The notes: generated from the letters alone by a model not told the origin. Counted from the first letter of the stretch, positions 34,817-45,043 are shown. The stretch: 64,000 bases of DNA from Myxococcales bacterium (GCA_045863395.1 BTVJ01000011.1:32001-96000); one strand, 5' to 3'. Numbers and translations: made by a program.

Positions 34817-37800
34817 ATGCGCTCCTTCCTCTGGGTGACCACCGCCTTCATCGTCGTCTACTTCGCCGGCAACACGTCGTGGGTGCGCGAGCTGGTGGTG
34901 GAGGTCGTCGCCGCCGAGATCCCGGGGCGCATCGACATGGACGGCATCCAGTGGGGCCCGCTGCCCTGGCAGGCTCGGGTGGTGGGCGTGCGGATCACCG
35001 AGCCGGGCGGCCAGGCCGTGATCACGGCCGACGCCGTCTATGGCGAGATCGAGCTGCTGCCATTCCTCCGTTGGGTGACGCGCTCCGTGGCGGCGGGTGG
35101 CCTCCCCTTCGAGCTGAGCATCACCGGCGCGGACGTGCGGGACTACACCGTGGTCCTCGACATGCGGGAGCAGGCGGACCCGCTGCTGGTCTACGCCTTC
35201 GACGACATGAAGCCGTCGGAGGGCCCGAGCCGCCCGGCCCGGGTGGTCATCCGCGGCGGTCACGGGTCCCGAGGCGTCGTGACCATCCTGCTGCCGGGCT
35301 TGGAGCAGCGCTACGAGGGGGTCGACTTCCGCGGCGCCGAGCTGGACATCGGCCCTCCCGAGGGGCTGCGGATCCACAGCCCTGCGCTGGTGCTGCAGGG
35401 CGGCACTGCGCGCTTCGACGCGGAGCTCAACCCCGTGGCGGACCGCCCGTGGGAGGTGCGCGTGGGCCGGGGGGTGGTCGACGAGTGGGTGTGGGACAAG
35501 GCAGACGAGGGTTTTCGCGTGCGGAGCGTGGACCTGGAGCTGGATCGGGGCCACCTCGTCGTGCAGGGCGCCATGGGCTTCCCGGGGGGGGCGGTCCGCT
35601 ACGACGCGACGGCCCGCCTGGATCTGGAGGACCCGGAGGGGCGCCACCCAATGCTCACAGCCCTGCTCGACGGCGCCCTCCGTGGCCCCCTCTCGGTCTG
35701 GGCCCGGGGTGCGGGGACCTTCGACGAGGTGTGGGCCGAGGTGCAGCTCGCGTCTCCGGCGCTCGACATCGCGGGGCTCGCCACCACGGGGGTCCGCGTC
35801 GACGGGAGCATCACCCCGGGCGCTCGGGGCCCCGTCGTGCAGGTGGGCTCCGCGGAGGCGAGCGTCGCTGGGGGGCACGTCCTGCTGGACGACGCGCGCC
35901 TGGACACGGGGGCCCTCCTGGCCGAGGGGACGGTCCGCCTCGCGGGCGTCTCCCCCTGGGAGCTGGTCACGTCGGCGCCCCTCGCCCTCGACCCGGACGG
36001 CCTCGACCTGCTGCGCGCGCGCCTCAGCGGTGGGCTGCGGGTGCGCGCGGCCTTCGGGGGGCCGCTGGACGTGACCGCAGAGATCCTCGACCGCCCCATG
36101 ACGGTGGCGTTCGAGGCGCTCCCGGAGGGGCTGCCGCTCGGGGAGCGGCCGACCATCGAGGGGGAGCTGGGCGTGGGTGTCGGTCACGGGGTGACGCTGC
36201 GTGCGACCCGCGTGGTCGTGCGCTCCGGTGACGACGTCGCCCGCATCGACGGGTCGCTGGCGATCCCCGGGCTGGTCGCAGACGGCACCGTGGACCTGTC
36301 CATCCCGGATCTCCAGGCGTTTCTGCGCCCCTTCGACGTAGAGGGGGTGCGCGGTGACCTCACCATCGCAGGCGCCCGGGTGAGCGGCCCCCTCGTGGCG
36401 CCCGAGGTGACCGGCGCCGATGTGGTCGCGCGCAACGTGCGCATCGGAGAGCTGGCCTTCGGGCGCCTGCAGGGCCAGGCAGCGCTGCGAGGTGGCGTCG
36501 TGAGCGTGATCGGGCTCAAGGCGGCGACGGACCTGGGGGGCGTCTCCCTGGACGGTACCGTACGCATCCATGACGGGGATCTGACCCGGCCGAACTCGAC
36601 CCTCCCCTTCACGGTGGAGCGGCTTCGGGCAGAGAAGATCCCGCTTGGCCGCCTGCTGGAGGGCCGCTCGGGGGCCGTGACCCTGACCGGAGTGAAGGCG
36701 AGCGGTGTGTTGAGCGACCCGTTGGGTTCGCTGACGGCGTCGGGGAGGGTGCTCGCGACGGACGTCGGCTCCGCCGTGCAGCCAGTGGAGCGCCTGGAGG
36801 GTCAGGTGCGCGTCGACAAGGGGCGGGTATCCGCCAGCGACGTGACCGTGGTGCTCCCTGGCGGCGAGCGTGTCCTGGGGGACGACCTGGCGTGGGACCC
36901 TGCGACGGGGGCGCTGCGGGCGTCGGTGCGCACGGATCGCGTCACCCTGGAGCGACTGGCGGCGCTGCGGGGCATCCCCTTGGGTGGGGTGGTCAGCGGT
37001 CACCTGCGCGTGGAAGGCCGATCCGGGGCATTCCAGGTAGGGGGAGACGTCGATGTCCGGGGCTTCCGCTACGACACCCTCGACCTGGGAGACGCCAGCC
37101 TCACCCTGTCGACGGACGCCGCGGGGGCCGTGCGCCTCGCCGCGTCGCGCTTCTTCCACGGGTGGACGCTCGAGGGCGACTCCTCCGTGACCCTGCGGCG
37201 CGACGGGGTGCCGACGTTCCTGGTGGCTTCCGTGCGGTTCGCCGACCAGGATCTGTTCGACCTGTTCCCCTCGGCGCGCCTGCCCTGGCTGCGGAACCGC
37301 CTCAGCGGGAAGGCCCAACTGGCGCTCGACCTGCGCGAGGGCGGCTTCGGCCTGGACTTCTCCTTTGGGGACGGAGGCATCCGGGCCGCGGTGGACACGC
37401 TCGGCCAGACCCTGTCAGTGAGCAACAAGGGCGACGCCTACGCCATGCTCACCGAGTCCGGGGACGTGTGGATCCAGGAGCTCCAGCTCGACACGCCGCA
37501 CGGCCCCCTCGAAGCGTGCGGGACGTTCTCGGCGGAGGGCGGGCAGGACCTGTGGGTGCGGGGCGCCGCCCGCCTGGAGGTCCTGGAGGCGTGGAAGGAT
37601 GCGTTCTCCGTGCTGGAGGGGCGGGTCGTGACGGCCGGCGATCCCGAGGTGGTGGCGCGCTGGGGGCGAGGCTGCCTGCCAGCGGAGGCGACCCATCCTG
37701 GCCTGGGGGGGATCGCCGACCTGGGTTCCATACACCTCATGGGCCCCCTGGACCGCCTCGCCATGGAGGGGACCCTCCGGCTCGACGAGGGGCGCGCGCG

Positions 37801-39139
37801 GCTGCGCTCGTTGGCGTCGGAGGTGGTGCTCGACCCGGGGGTCCGCGTGGAGCTGCGCACGGCGCGCGAGCGCGAGGAGCGGGTGGGAGAGCGGAGCGTG
37901 ACCGTGGCAGACCAGGTGCTGCGTACGCCGGCAGATGGCCCCATCGGGGCGACCTACGACGAGGGTCGCATCGACGTGGGCGGGCGGATGCGGCTGCTCG
38001 GGTGGGCGCCGGACTCCCTGGACCTGACGATCCGCGGGGTCGATATCGACTACGCCTCCCCCCAGGAGTACCGCGTCAAGGTGACGCCGCAGGTGACCTT
38101 CGAGGGGCGCGCCCTCAGCGGTGAAAAACCCCGCATGAAGCTCGGCGGCGACGTGGCCATCGTCGAGGGCAGCTATCACGCCGGGAGCACGCTCGGGGCA
38201 GCGCTGATCCGCGGGGCGACCGGGGCGCGCAAGCTGGTCGCCTACTCGAAGTCGCTGGTGGAGTCCGCGCCGTGGCTCGGGCCCATGGGCCTCGGGATCC
38301 GGCTCCAAGGGGAGAGCTTTGCGCTGCGCATGAAGCTCCCCTTTGGCGAGACGGACATGGAGCTGCGACTGGACGTGGTCGTGCGCGGTACGCTGGCCGA
38401 GCCGGAGGTGTTCGGCCACATCGACGTGCTGCCCGGCGGGCGCATCGGGAAGACCATCTTCGGGCGCGACTTCGAGGTGACCAAGGCGGGCTTCGACCTG
38501 GCGGGGCGGCCGTCGCGCTTCCAGGTGGACGCGGAGCTGCGGACGGAGGTGACGTTCCGGGAGGAGCGGGGCAGCGACAGCCTGCGGGGAAAGGCGGAGC
38601 TGGCGAGCGTGTCGAGCGGGTCGCTGCCGGAGGAGAAGACCGTCGTCGTGCGCACGCGGGTCAAGGGCGTCGTCGACATGGAGGACAAGGGCCGCGAGCT
38701 GGCCGGCGTGGAGCTGACGCTGGACAGCGACAGCGGCGGGTACGACCGCGCCGAGCTGATGTTCCTGCTGGTGACGGGGGCGCCATCGCGGTCCAAGCTC
38801 GACGAGTCGGAGAGCACGGCGACCATCAACGTGCTGACGGGGGAGCTGGCCGACGTGCTGGCGAAGACCTTGCTGGGGGCGTTCGTGGACGCGGTGAGCC
38901 TTGGCGTGACGGTGACCGGCGGCTTCGACTGGAGCCTGGAGAAGTCGCTCGGGCGCAACCTCAAGTTCTCGGTGCGCGGCGTGCAGGACGACACGGTCCA
39001 GCGGGTGCAGCCCAACTTCCGGTTCCAGATCACCGACGAGCTGTCGCTGGAGGGCTCGCTGCGCTTCGAGCAGGGCACGGCGGCCCGCGCGGGGCAGGCC
39101 TACGAGACGAAGCTCCGCTACCGGATCCCGCTGGACTGA
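34817..39139 (+). CDS. TamB/AsmA-like translocation-assembly module protein
   Basis: N-terminal TM anchor, ~1400 aa of beta-taco-like repeats, C-terminal GTLAEPEVFG motif; directly upstream of an Omp85 gene. Start uncertain (34694 ATC, 34793 GTG or 34817 ATG). Confidence 0.78.
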   Translation: MRSFLWVTTAFIVVYFAGNTSWVRELVVEVVAAEIPGRIDMDGIQWGPLPWQARVVGVRITEPGGQAVITADAVYGEIELLPFLRWVTRSVAAGGLPFELSITGADVRDYTVVLDMREQADPLLVYAFDDMKPSEGPSRPARVVIRGGHGSRGVVTILLPGLEQRYEGVDFRGAELDIGPPEGLRIHSPALVLQGGTARFDAELNPVADRPWEVRVGRGVVDEWVWDKADEGFRVRSVDLELDRGHLVVQGAMGFPGGAVRYDATARLDLEDPEGRHPMLTALLDGALRGPLSVWARGAGTFDEVWAEVQLASPALDIAGLATTGVRVDGSITPGARGPVVQVGSAEASVAGGHVLLDDARLDTGALLAEGTVRLAGVSPWELVTSAPLALDPDGLDLLRARLSGGLRVRAAFGGPLDVTAEILDRPMTVAFEALPEGLPLGERPTIEGELGVGVGHGVTLRATRVVVRSGDDVARIDGSLAIPGLVADGTVDLSIPDLQAFLRPFDVEGVRGDLTIAGARVSGPLVAPEVTGADVVARNVRIGELAFGRLQGQAALRGGVVSVIGLKAATDLGGVSLDGTVRIHDGDLTRPNSTLPFTVERLRAEKIPLGRLLEGRSGAVTLTGVKASGVLSDPLGSLTASGRVLATDVGSAVQPVERLEGQVRVDKGRVSASDVTVVLPGGERVLGDDLAWDPATGALRASVRTDRVTLERLAALRGIPLGGVVSGHLRVEGRSGAFQVGGDVDVRGFRYDTLDLGDASLTLSTDAAGAVRLAASRFFHGWTLEGDSSVTLRRDGVPTFLVASVRFADQDLFDLFPSARLPWLRNRLSGKAQLALDLREGGFGLDFSFGDGGIRAAVDTLGQTLSVSNKGDAYAMLTESGDVWIQELQLDTPHGPLEACGTFSAEGGQDLWVRGAARLEVLEAWKDAFSVLEGRVVTAGDPEVVARWGRGCLPAEATHPGLGGIADLGSIHLMGPLDRLAMEGTLRLDEGRARLRSLASEVVLDPGVRVELRTAREREERVGERSVTVADQVLRTPADGPIGATYDEGRIDVGGRMRLLGWAPDSLDLTIRGVDIDYASPQEYRVKVTPQVTFEGRALSGEKPRMKLGGDVAIVEGSYHAGSTLGAALIRGATGARKLVAYSKSLVESAPWLGPMGLGIRLQGESFALRMKLPFGETDMELRLDVVVRGTLAEPEVFGHIDVLPGGRIGKTIFGRDFEVTKAGFDLAGRPSRFQVDAELRTEVTFREERGSDSLRGKAELASVSSGSLPEEKTVVVRTRVKGVVDMEDKGRELAGVELTLDSDSGGYDRAELMFLLVTGAPSRSKLDESESTATINVLTGELADVLAKTLLGAFVDAVSLGVTVTGGFDWSLEKSLGRNLKFSVRGVQDDTVQRVQPNFRFQITDELSLEGSLRFEQGTAARAGQAYETKLRYRIPLD

Positions 39140-39140
39140 G

Positions 39141-42100
39141 ATGGCGCGCACCGTCCTCGCACTGCTGCTCTTCGCGCTGCCCGCCCATGCCCAGGAGGCG
39201 CCGGAGCTGCCGTCCCCCTGCGAGGGGAGCCCCGTCGCGAGCGTGCGGCTGGCGGGGTGCGAGGAGTCGCGCTGCGCCGATCCCGAGGAGCAGGCGCGGC
39301 TCCTGGCGCTCACGGGGCTGGTCGTTGGCGAGCCGGTCGGGGAGGGCGCCCTGGAGCGGGCGGCCGAGCGGCTCCGGCGGGTCGCCGCGTTCGACACCGT
39401 GCGCCAGGACTGCCGCCTGGACGGGGGGGCGCACGTCGTGCTGCACGGGACTCCGCTGCCGATCATCCGGCGGCTGCGCATCGAGGGCAACTCGTTCGTG
39501 CTGCAGGAGGAGCTGCGCAAGCGCGTGTTCCTGCGGCCCGGCTCGACGCTGGCGCCGGCCCAGGCGGAGGAGGTGCTCACCCGGCAGCAGGAGACGCTGC
39601 GCAAGTACTACGAGCGCGAGGGCTTCGTGGACACGGCGGTGCGGGCGGTGGCGCACCCGCTTGAGGGGCAGGAGCTGGAGGTGGTCATCGCCATCGACGA
39701 GGGCCGCAAGAACCGCATCGACCGGCGGGAGGTGCGCTTCGCGCGGCGGGCGGAGCGGCCCGAGGCGGGGCGCGCGGCGGTGGAGGGCGCTCTGGGGGAC
39801 AGCGAGGGTGAGCAGGCCGAGACGCCGCTGCGCTGCCTGCCCGTGAGCGAGGGCGACCTGGCGGCGGCGGCACAGCTCGGCGAGCTGGAGGTGTTCACGG
39901 AGCGGGCGGCGCGGGACGTGCGGAACCGGCTGCGGGCGTGGCTCCAGGCGCGGGGCTACGTTGAGCCGAAGGTGGACGTGCGCTACGAGCCGGAGCGGGC
40001 GTTGTTGCGGGTGGAGGCCACCTGGGAGGCGTGCTGGGCGGTGCGCTTCTTCGAGCGGCCGCTGCCGGCGGTCGGGGACGAAGGCTACAAGCTGGTGACG
40101 GAGGTGGACGACCTGCTGGAGGTGCTGCCGTTTTCGAGCTCGGGCACCTTCGACTTCGACGAGGCGGATCTCGGGCGCCGGACGCTGCAGGAGGACCTGG
40201 AGCGGCAGGGGCTCCTGTTCGCGGAGGTGGCGCTCGACTGGCGGCGCTTCGACCGGCGGCGCCCGGCGGCCGGGGAGCGGGTGCCGGTGAGCGACACGGT
40301 GCGCGGGGCGATCACGTACTTCATCACCCGGGGCAGCGTGACGGAGATCCGCGCCATCCAGTTCCCCGGCATGACTGCCCTCGACGAGGACGACGTGCGT
40401 GACACCCTGGCGACCAAGGTCTACGACTTCTTTGGCCCCGGCGGCTACTTGGGAGTAGAGCAGATGTTCGCGGATCTGCGGGCGCTGCGGGCGTCCTACC
40501 ACGCGCTGGGGTACTACCGCATGCGCTTTCGCGGGTTCTCGCGCGTGGATGCTCCGGTACGGCGCGTGGAGCGCCGGGACCGCGCGACCCTCTACGTGTG
40601 GCAGGTCGAGGACATGGGCTTCACGGCGCGCAAGCCCGACCGCGGCAACGTGCTCTACCTGGAGGTGCCCATCGAGGAGGGGACGCGGAGCGTCTTGAGC
40701 GGGGTCGACGTGAGCGGGACGGACAAGGTGTTGCGGGAGGACGCGCTTGGGGCGTTGGGGCTGAGGGCAGGGCAGCCGTTCAGCCAGACGGTGCTCAAGC
40801 AGGCCTTCCAGCGGTTGCGGGGCCTGTACCTGGACCGGGGCCACCCGGACGCGAGCGTCACGGTGCGGTGCTCCACGCCGGAAGGCGGGTGCGACCCGGC
40901 GGAGGTGACCGCAGAGCAGGTGAGCCTGGTGTTCGAGGTCGAGGAGGGGCCCGAGGTGCGCATCGGGGAGGTGTTCCTGCTCGGCAACTTCGAGACGGAG
41001 CCGTCGGTGATCCTGCGGGACGTGCCCGAGAGCGGTGACCTCTACCGCCCCGCGGCCATCGGGGACGCCGAGCGGCGGCTGCGGGCGCTCGGGGTGTTCA
41101 GCACGGTGCGCATCGACGCGGTGGGGCTGGAGGAGGAGCCGATGCCGGACCGGGTCGCCCTGCTGGTGCGCCTGGAGGAGTCCCGCGCGCGGTTCTTGGA
41201 CCTGGCGGTGGGCTTCGAGTCCATCAACCGGGAGGGCGAGGACGTGCCGGCGGTGGCGACCAGCGTGCTGGCGACCAGCGTCTCGACGACGGACCGGCTC
41301 CAGGGCTTCCAGGGGCGGACCCTGGCGCTGGGGCTCCCGGATCTGCTCGTGACCATCCAGGCGGAGTACATCGATCAGAACGTGGCCGGGCTGGCCAAGG
41401 AGCTGCGCATTCCCCTCAAGTACGGCCTCAGCGCGGCGGGGCTGCTGGAGGCGGACCTGTTTCGGCTGCTGGTGTTTGCCCCGACGTGGCTCGACCGGCG
41501 GCTGTTTGGATCGGAGCTGGTGTTCCGCGCGACGCCGTTCTTCACCTACGACGAGGTGAGCGACGTCTTCGACCAGATCGAGGGGGGCCTCCAATTGGAG
41601 CTGTCGCGGCGCTTCTTCGACCACCTGATCACGTCGCTCTCCTTCGAGGTGAGCGGCATCAGCACGCGGGACCCGAGCGGCGTCGCCGGGGCGGCGACCG
41701 CGGACTTCAGCACGCCGAGCCTCCAGAACAAGCTGGAGCCGCGGGTCGCCTGGGACGCGCTGGACAACCCGCTCCACCCCATGGAGGGCTGGTACCTGGG
41801 CGGGACCTTGAGCTACATCAACGCCCTCGACCTCGGCACCCGCACCTTCGCGAACTTCCTCAAGGCGGACATCGAGGCCAAGGGCGTGCTCAACATCGGC
41901 CGCTTCCTGGTGCTGGCCTCCTTCGCGCGCTTCGGCGCGAGCGCGACCTTCGACGCAGACACGCTGCCGCTGACGGAGCGCTTCCGCCTCGGCGGCAACA
42001 AGGGAGTGCGCGGCTACGGCGACGGCGAGATCCGCCAGTACGAGGCGGACGGCACGCTCAGAGAGACGCCCATCGGCGGCGACTTCGTATTGAACGGCAC

Positions 42101-42392
42101 CGGGGAGCTGCGCCTCCCCATCGTGCGGGATCTGGGTAGTCTGTCTCTGTGGGGCGCCGGCTTCTTCGACTGGGGCGCGTTGGCAGACGACATCGACGGC
42201 TTCAACGCCAGGAGCTTCCGCATGGCGGCGGGAGTGGGCCTGCGGCTTCTGTTGTATGACCAGCTCCCCCTCCGCCTCGACTACGGCATCAAGCTCGACC
42301 GCCGCTGCCTCGTCGCGAGCAGCGAGACGGGAGCCTGCGAGCAGGAGGAGCCGCTCGGGGAGCTGAGCTTTGGGATTCTGTATACGTTCTGA
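39141..42392 (+). CDS. Omp85 (BamA/TamA) family outer-membrane protein with POTRA domains
   Basis: Signal peptide, POTRA repeats (YxxxG[YF], IEEG/VEEG), ERFRLGG...VRGY, PLRLDYG, C-terminal Phe. Confidence 0.9.
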   Translation: MARTVLALLLFALPAHAQEAPELPSPCEGSPVASVRLAGCEESRCADPEEQARLLALTGLVVGEPVGEGALERAAERLRRVAAFDTVRQDCRLDGGAHVVLHGTPLPIIRRLRIEGNSFVLQEELRKRVFLRPGSTLAPAQAEEVLTRQQETLRKYYEREGFVDTAVRAVAHPLEGQELEVVIAIDEGRKNRIDRREVRFARRAERPEAGRAAVEGALGDSEGEQAETPLRCLPVSEGDLAAAAQLGELEVFTERAARDVRNRLRAWLQARGYVEPKVDVRYEPERALLRVEATWEACWAVRFFERPLPAVGDEGYKLVTEVDDLLEVLPFSSSGTFDFDEADLGRRTLQEDLERQGLLFAEVALDWRRFDRRRPAAGERVPVSDTVRGAITYFITRGSVTEIRAIQFPGMTALDEDDVRDTLATKVYDFFGPGGYLGVEQMFADLRALRASYHALGYYRMRFRGFSRVDAPVRRVERRDRATLYVWQVEDMGFTARKPDRGNVLYLEVPIEEGTRSVLSGVDVSGTDKVLREDALGALGLRAGQPFSQTVLKQAFQRLRGLYLDRGHPDASVTVRCSTPEGGCDPAEVTAEQVSLVFEVEEGPEVRIGEVFLLGNFETEPSVILRDVPESGDLYRPAAIGDAERRLRALGVFSTVRIDAVGLEEEPMPDRVALLVRLEESRARFLDLAVGFESINREGEDVPAVATSVLATSVSTTDRLQGFQGRTLALGLPDLLVTIQAEYIDQNVAGLAKELRIPLKYGLSAAGLLEADLFRLLVFAPTWLDRRLFGSELVFRATPFFTYDEVSDVFDQIEGGLQLELSRRFFDHLITSLSFEVSGISTRDPSGVAGAATADFSTPSLQNKLEPRVAWDALDNPLHPMEGWYLGGTLSYINALDLGTRTFANFLKADIEAKGVLNIGRFLVLASFARFGASATFDADTLPLTERFRLGGNKGVRGYGDGEIRQYEADGTLRETPIGGDFVLNGTGELRLPIVRDLGSLSLWGAGFFDWGALADDIDGFNARSFRMAAGVGLRLLLYDQLPLRLDYGIKLDRRCLVASSETGACEQEEPLGELSFGILYTF

Positions 42393-42706
42393 GGGCGCTG
42401 GTCGTCGTTTCGGCCACCCGGGTCTGTGCACCGAGCGGGCCGGCCTCCAGCGGACCGCAAGGCGCCGGTGCATAATAACCTGATCCATCGAGGGCCCCGA
42501 TGCGCCCCGCTGGCAGTGTGGCGCGGCCGCAGGCAGGGCCTTGTCCTTCCAAGGCATCGCCAGGCTGCCAGCGGGGATGCACCGGGGGCCGAATGGCACA
42601 GGTTATTGTGCACCGGCGCCCAAGGTCGACCGCCGGCCGGCAGAACGGCTCGTGCGCCCCCCGATTCCGGCCAGACTTTGGCCGAAACGATGACCGAGGC
42701 CCTCAG
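42389..42706. mobile_element. MITE-like nested palindromic element (~318 bp)
   Basis: 28-bp imperfect terminal inverted repeats (CTGAGGGC...TCGTTTCGGCCA) plus an internal 22-bp inverted repeat (GGCGCCGGTGCATAATAACCTG / CAGGTTATTGTGCACCGGCGCC) and further stems; non-coding. Confidence 0.55.
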
Positions 42707-42754
42707 GCGTGAAGCGCCAAGCACCAGCGAGGATGGCCGCATGACCTGGATTCG

Positions 42755-43378
42755 TCATGGCGGATTGGCACCCTTGCCGCATTGCGGACTCATTGCCGTA
42801 ACGCTGAACGAACGGCAAAGCGGTTCGCAGACGTCGCCGTTTGGGCGGGTTGTGGAGGGGTCTGTCACAACACCGGAGACAGAGCCGTCGATTCCTGCTG
42901 CACTCCACTGCCATGTCACCTGATAAACGTCGCCACTTGTGACGGCAGCATCCTTCCACCAAAGCTCCAGGGTACCCTGACAAGTGCCCTCAACGGTCGA
43001 AGTCTCGACCGCGACAATGACCTGACACGCGGGACTCCTCGGGAGGACCATGCCAGCCGGATGGGTCCCATTCGAGTCCCTCCACTCGGTATCGCAGCAC
43101 CGATCCGCCAGACACGTGGTGACGTGAAGCGAGTCTCCGGCGACATGGGGGATCCTGAGGGTCAAGTGGAACTGTGGCCCACATCCCACGTTTCCGCAGT
43201 TGACCTCCGTTGCGCATCCGGTACTCACGACTAAAAGGGCCACGATGACAAGAAGGCTGTTGGCACGCCTGGGAATGTGCCACTGTCGAACTCGTTGATT
43301 GACCAGGCGTCCAATCAGGGCCACTGAACGCACTTGTGGTCCTGTGAGGAACCCATGGGCAGCCTCCGTAATCATCAT
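42755..43378 (-). CDS. Small Cys-rich putative lipoprotein (low GC)
   Basis: LLVIVALLVVSTGC lipobox; ATGA overlap with the protease stop; the true start may be further downstream. Confidence 0.5.
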   Translation of the reverse strand: MMITEAAHGFLTGPQVRSVALIGRLVNQRVRQWHIPRRANSLLVIVALLVVSTGCATEVNCGNVGCGPQFHLTLRIPHVAGDSLHVTTCLADRCCDTEWRDSNGTHPAGMVLPRSPACQVIVAVETSTVEGTCQGTLELWWKDAAVTSGDVYQVTWQWSAAGIDGSVSGVVTDPSTTRPNGDVCEPLCRSFSVTAMSPQCGKGANPP

Positions 43379-44592
43379 GGAATTGACTTGCGGACGGTCG
43401 CAACGAGAGACGTCAGGGCTGTGCCACCTACTGCCGAATTGAACTTCTTGATAGCGCCAAATACCGGAACAATGGAATGCTCGCCGGAGTGAACTGCCCC
43501 GATGACGGGACCGAGGAAACTGCTTGCCGGCCAATACATCGATGGAATGTCCTTGTCCGGGATGGACGGTGGGCGATGCGGTTTCGTGCTGCTTCCGAGG
43601 GCCGGGAAGTTGGGAAGCCAAAGGGGCGACCCTGAACTCTGAGCCGTGGTATCCATCCAGTGTTTGTATCGCGTACCCGTATAGGTGCCGCCCTTTGAAT
43701 TTGGCAAGGACTTGCTGTCCCAGTAGGATATGGACCCCTTCTGAAGAACCGGCGAGGTGCCGAGGACCGCAGGATAGCTCAGCATTGTGAACTTTAGACT
43801 CTGAAAGTCCAATAGATTTGAGGTGACATTGAACGTTCCCGCCCAGCCGACCCCTGGCTCGGAATCGAGGACTCCGACAGCCAGGTCCCAGTGGCCCATT
43901 GGGGAAGTCAGCGTGCCCTTGTCGATCGTGATCGCGTACCAGCTCTTGACGGTGAATGGATACACAACGGCCCCGGGTGCCATGCCAGGCCAGAAGACGA
44001 CACCAGAGGGGGTCTTGGAGATGCAGTGAAGTGATGTCACGATATGCCTTGGACCAACCAGGCAAGCCGTGCATCCAACGGGAGTAAGGAGACCGACCAA
44101 TTTGAAAGGCCACTTCGCCGGGTTCGCGAGCGTCCACTGTTCAGCGCCCGGATTCATGACGCTTGTGGGAACCGAGAACTCAAGCCCGCCGGGGACGGGA
44201 GCGAGCGGCGACGTCGTGCCCGCAGTATCAACGTCAACTTGGACGGAGAGCAGGTCCTCGTGACTAAGGAACTCGACGGCACGGCTGAAACGCGGAGAGG
44301 CTCCTATTTTGAGCGGAGCCGACGGCGGTTGTGCGTGTGTCGGGCTAGGGTGCGCCCGCGGTTGCAGGGCGTCTATGGAAGCCATGCTGTATGCAGAGTC
44401 GGCGGATATTTTCGGAGCTTCCGGGGCCGGGCCTCGTTGAACCACCCGCGGCGAAGGGTCCGGGTCCAGGAGAATGCCGGTCGCCGAGTACAGCGGGGGC
44501 CGGCGCCCGAACACACGCGGCGGCTGCACAGGCTGTGGCCCCGTCACCTCGGGGTCGTCGGCTGGATTGTATGGCGGCGGCACGATGGGCAT
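43375..44592 (-). CDS. Trypsin-like (V8/glutamyl endopeptidase-type) serine protease, low GC
   Basis: GCTACLVGPRHIVTSLHC (His), WDLAV (Asp), SYP, DTTAQSSGSP (Ser), IGAVHSG. Confidence 0.8.
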   Translation of the reverse strand: MPIVPPPYNPADDPEVTGPQPVQPPRVFGRRPPLYSATGILLDPDPSPRVVQRGPAPEAPKISADSAYSMASIDALQPRAHPSPTHAQPPSAPLKIGASPRFSRAVEFLSHEDLLSVQVDVDTAGTTSPLAPVPGGLEFSVPTSVMNPGAEQWTLANPAKWPFKLVGLLTPVGCTACLVGPRHIVTSLHCISKTPSGVVFWPGMAPGAVVYPFTVKSWYAITIDKGTLTSPMGHWDLAVGVLDSEPGVGWAGTFNVTSNLLDFQSLKFTMLSYPAVLGTSPVLQKGSISYWDSKSLPNSKGGTYTGTRYKHWMDTTAQSSGSPLWLPNFPALGSSTKPHRPPSIPDKDIPSMYWPASSFLGPVIGAVHSGEHSIVPVFGAIKKFNSAVGGTALTSLVATVRKSIP

Positions 44593-44726
44593 CTTCGGCT
44601 CCGCTTCGCCCGCCGGGCGGGCGCACAAGTCACAGGTTGCTCCCCGTAGCCATTCTGATCAAGCGATGTCCCCACCGTGGCCGCACCGGCGGCCCCCCAA
44701 GGCCCGCATCCGCTGCGGCCAGCGTC

Positions 44727-45043
44727 TCAGTTGGGCATCCGCTGCGTCAGGCGCACGACCACCGTGGCGTCGCCGCTCAGCTCCAGCCGCAGCGCGGCGT
44801 AGTTCGTGGGGACATGGACGATGGCGCTCGACCCGGCCTGCGCCGTACCCGTGGCGATGGGCTCGCTCCAGGGCGTGTCATCGTCGGCGACCCGGGCCCG
44901 CAGGGTCCAGGTAACCTCGGTCTCGGGAGCGAGATCTGGAGCTTCGCGTCCAGGGTGTTCTCCATGGCGACGGTGCAGGTGTAGACCTCCCCGTCGTGCT
45001 CCAGGGCTGGCGCTTGTCGTCCACGCCCCCCGGCGAGTACCAT
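44727..45043 (-). pseudogene. Possible frameshifted gene remnant
   Basis: Two overlapping frames each carry plausible protein segments (EHDGEVYTCTVAMEN..., then EVTWTLRARVADDDTPWSEPIATG...) with host-like codons. Confidence 0.3.

Noticed and set aside
42461..42620. Integron attC site interpretation (TAAC...GTTA inverted core)
   Set aside because: The left core is not RYYYAAC, the element is nested in a larger palindrome, no other copies lie between neighbouring genes and no integrase is in the window
43379..44137. Upstream extension of the 460-aa ORF 42755-44137
   Set aside because: Overlaps the protease gene in another frame; only the 3' part looks like a real lipoprotein
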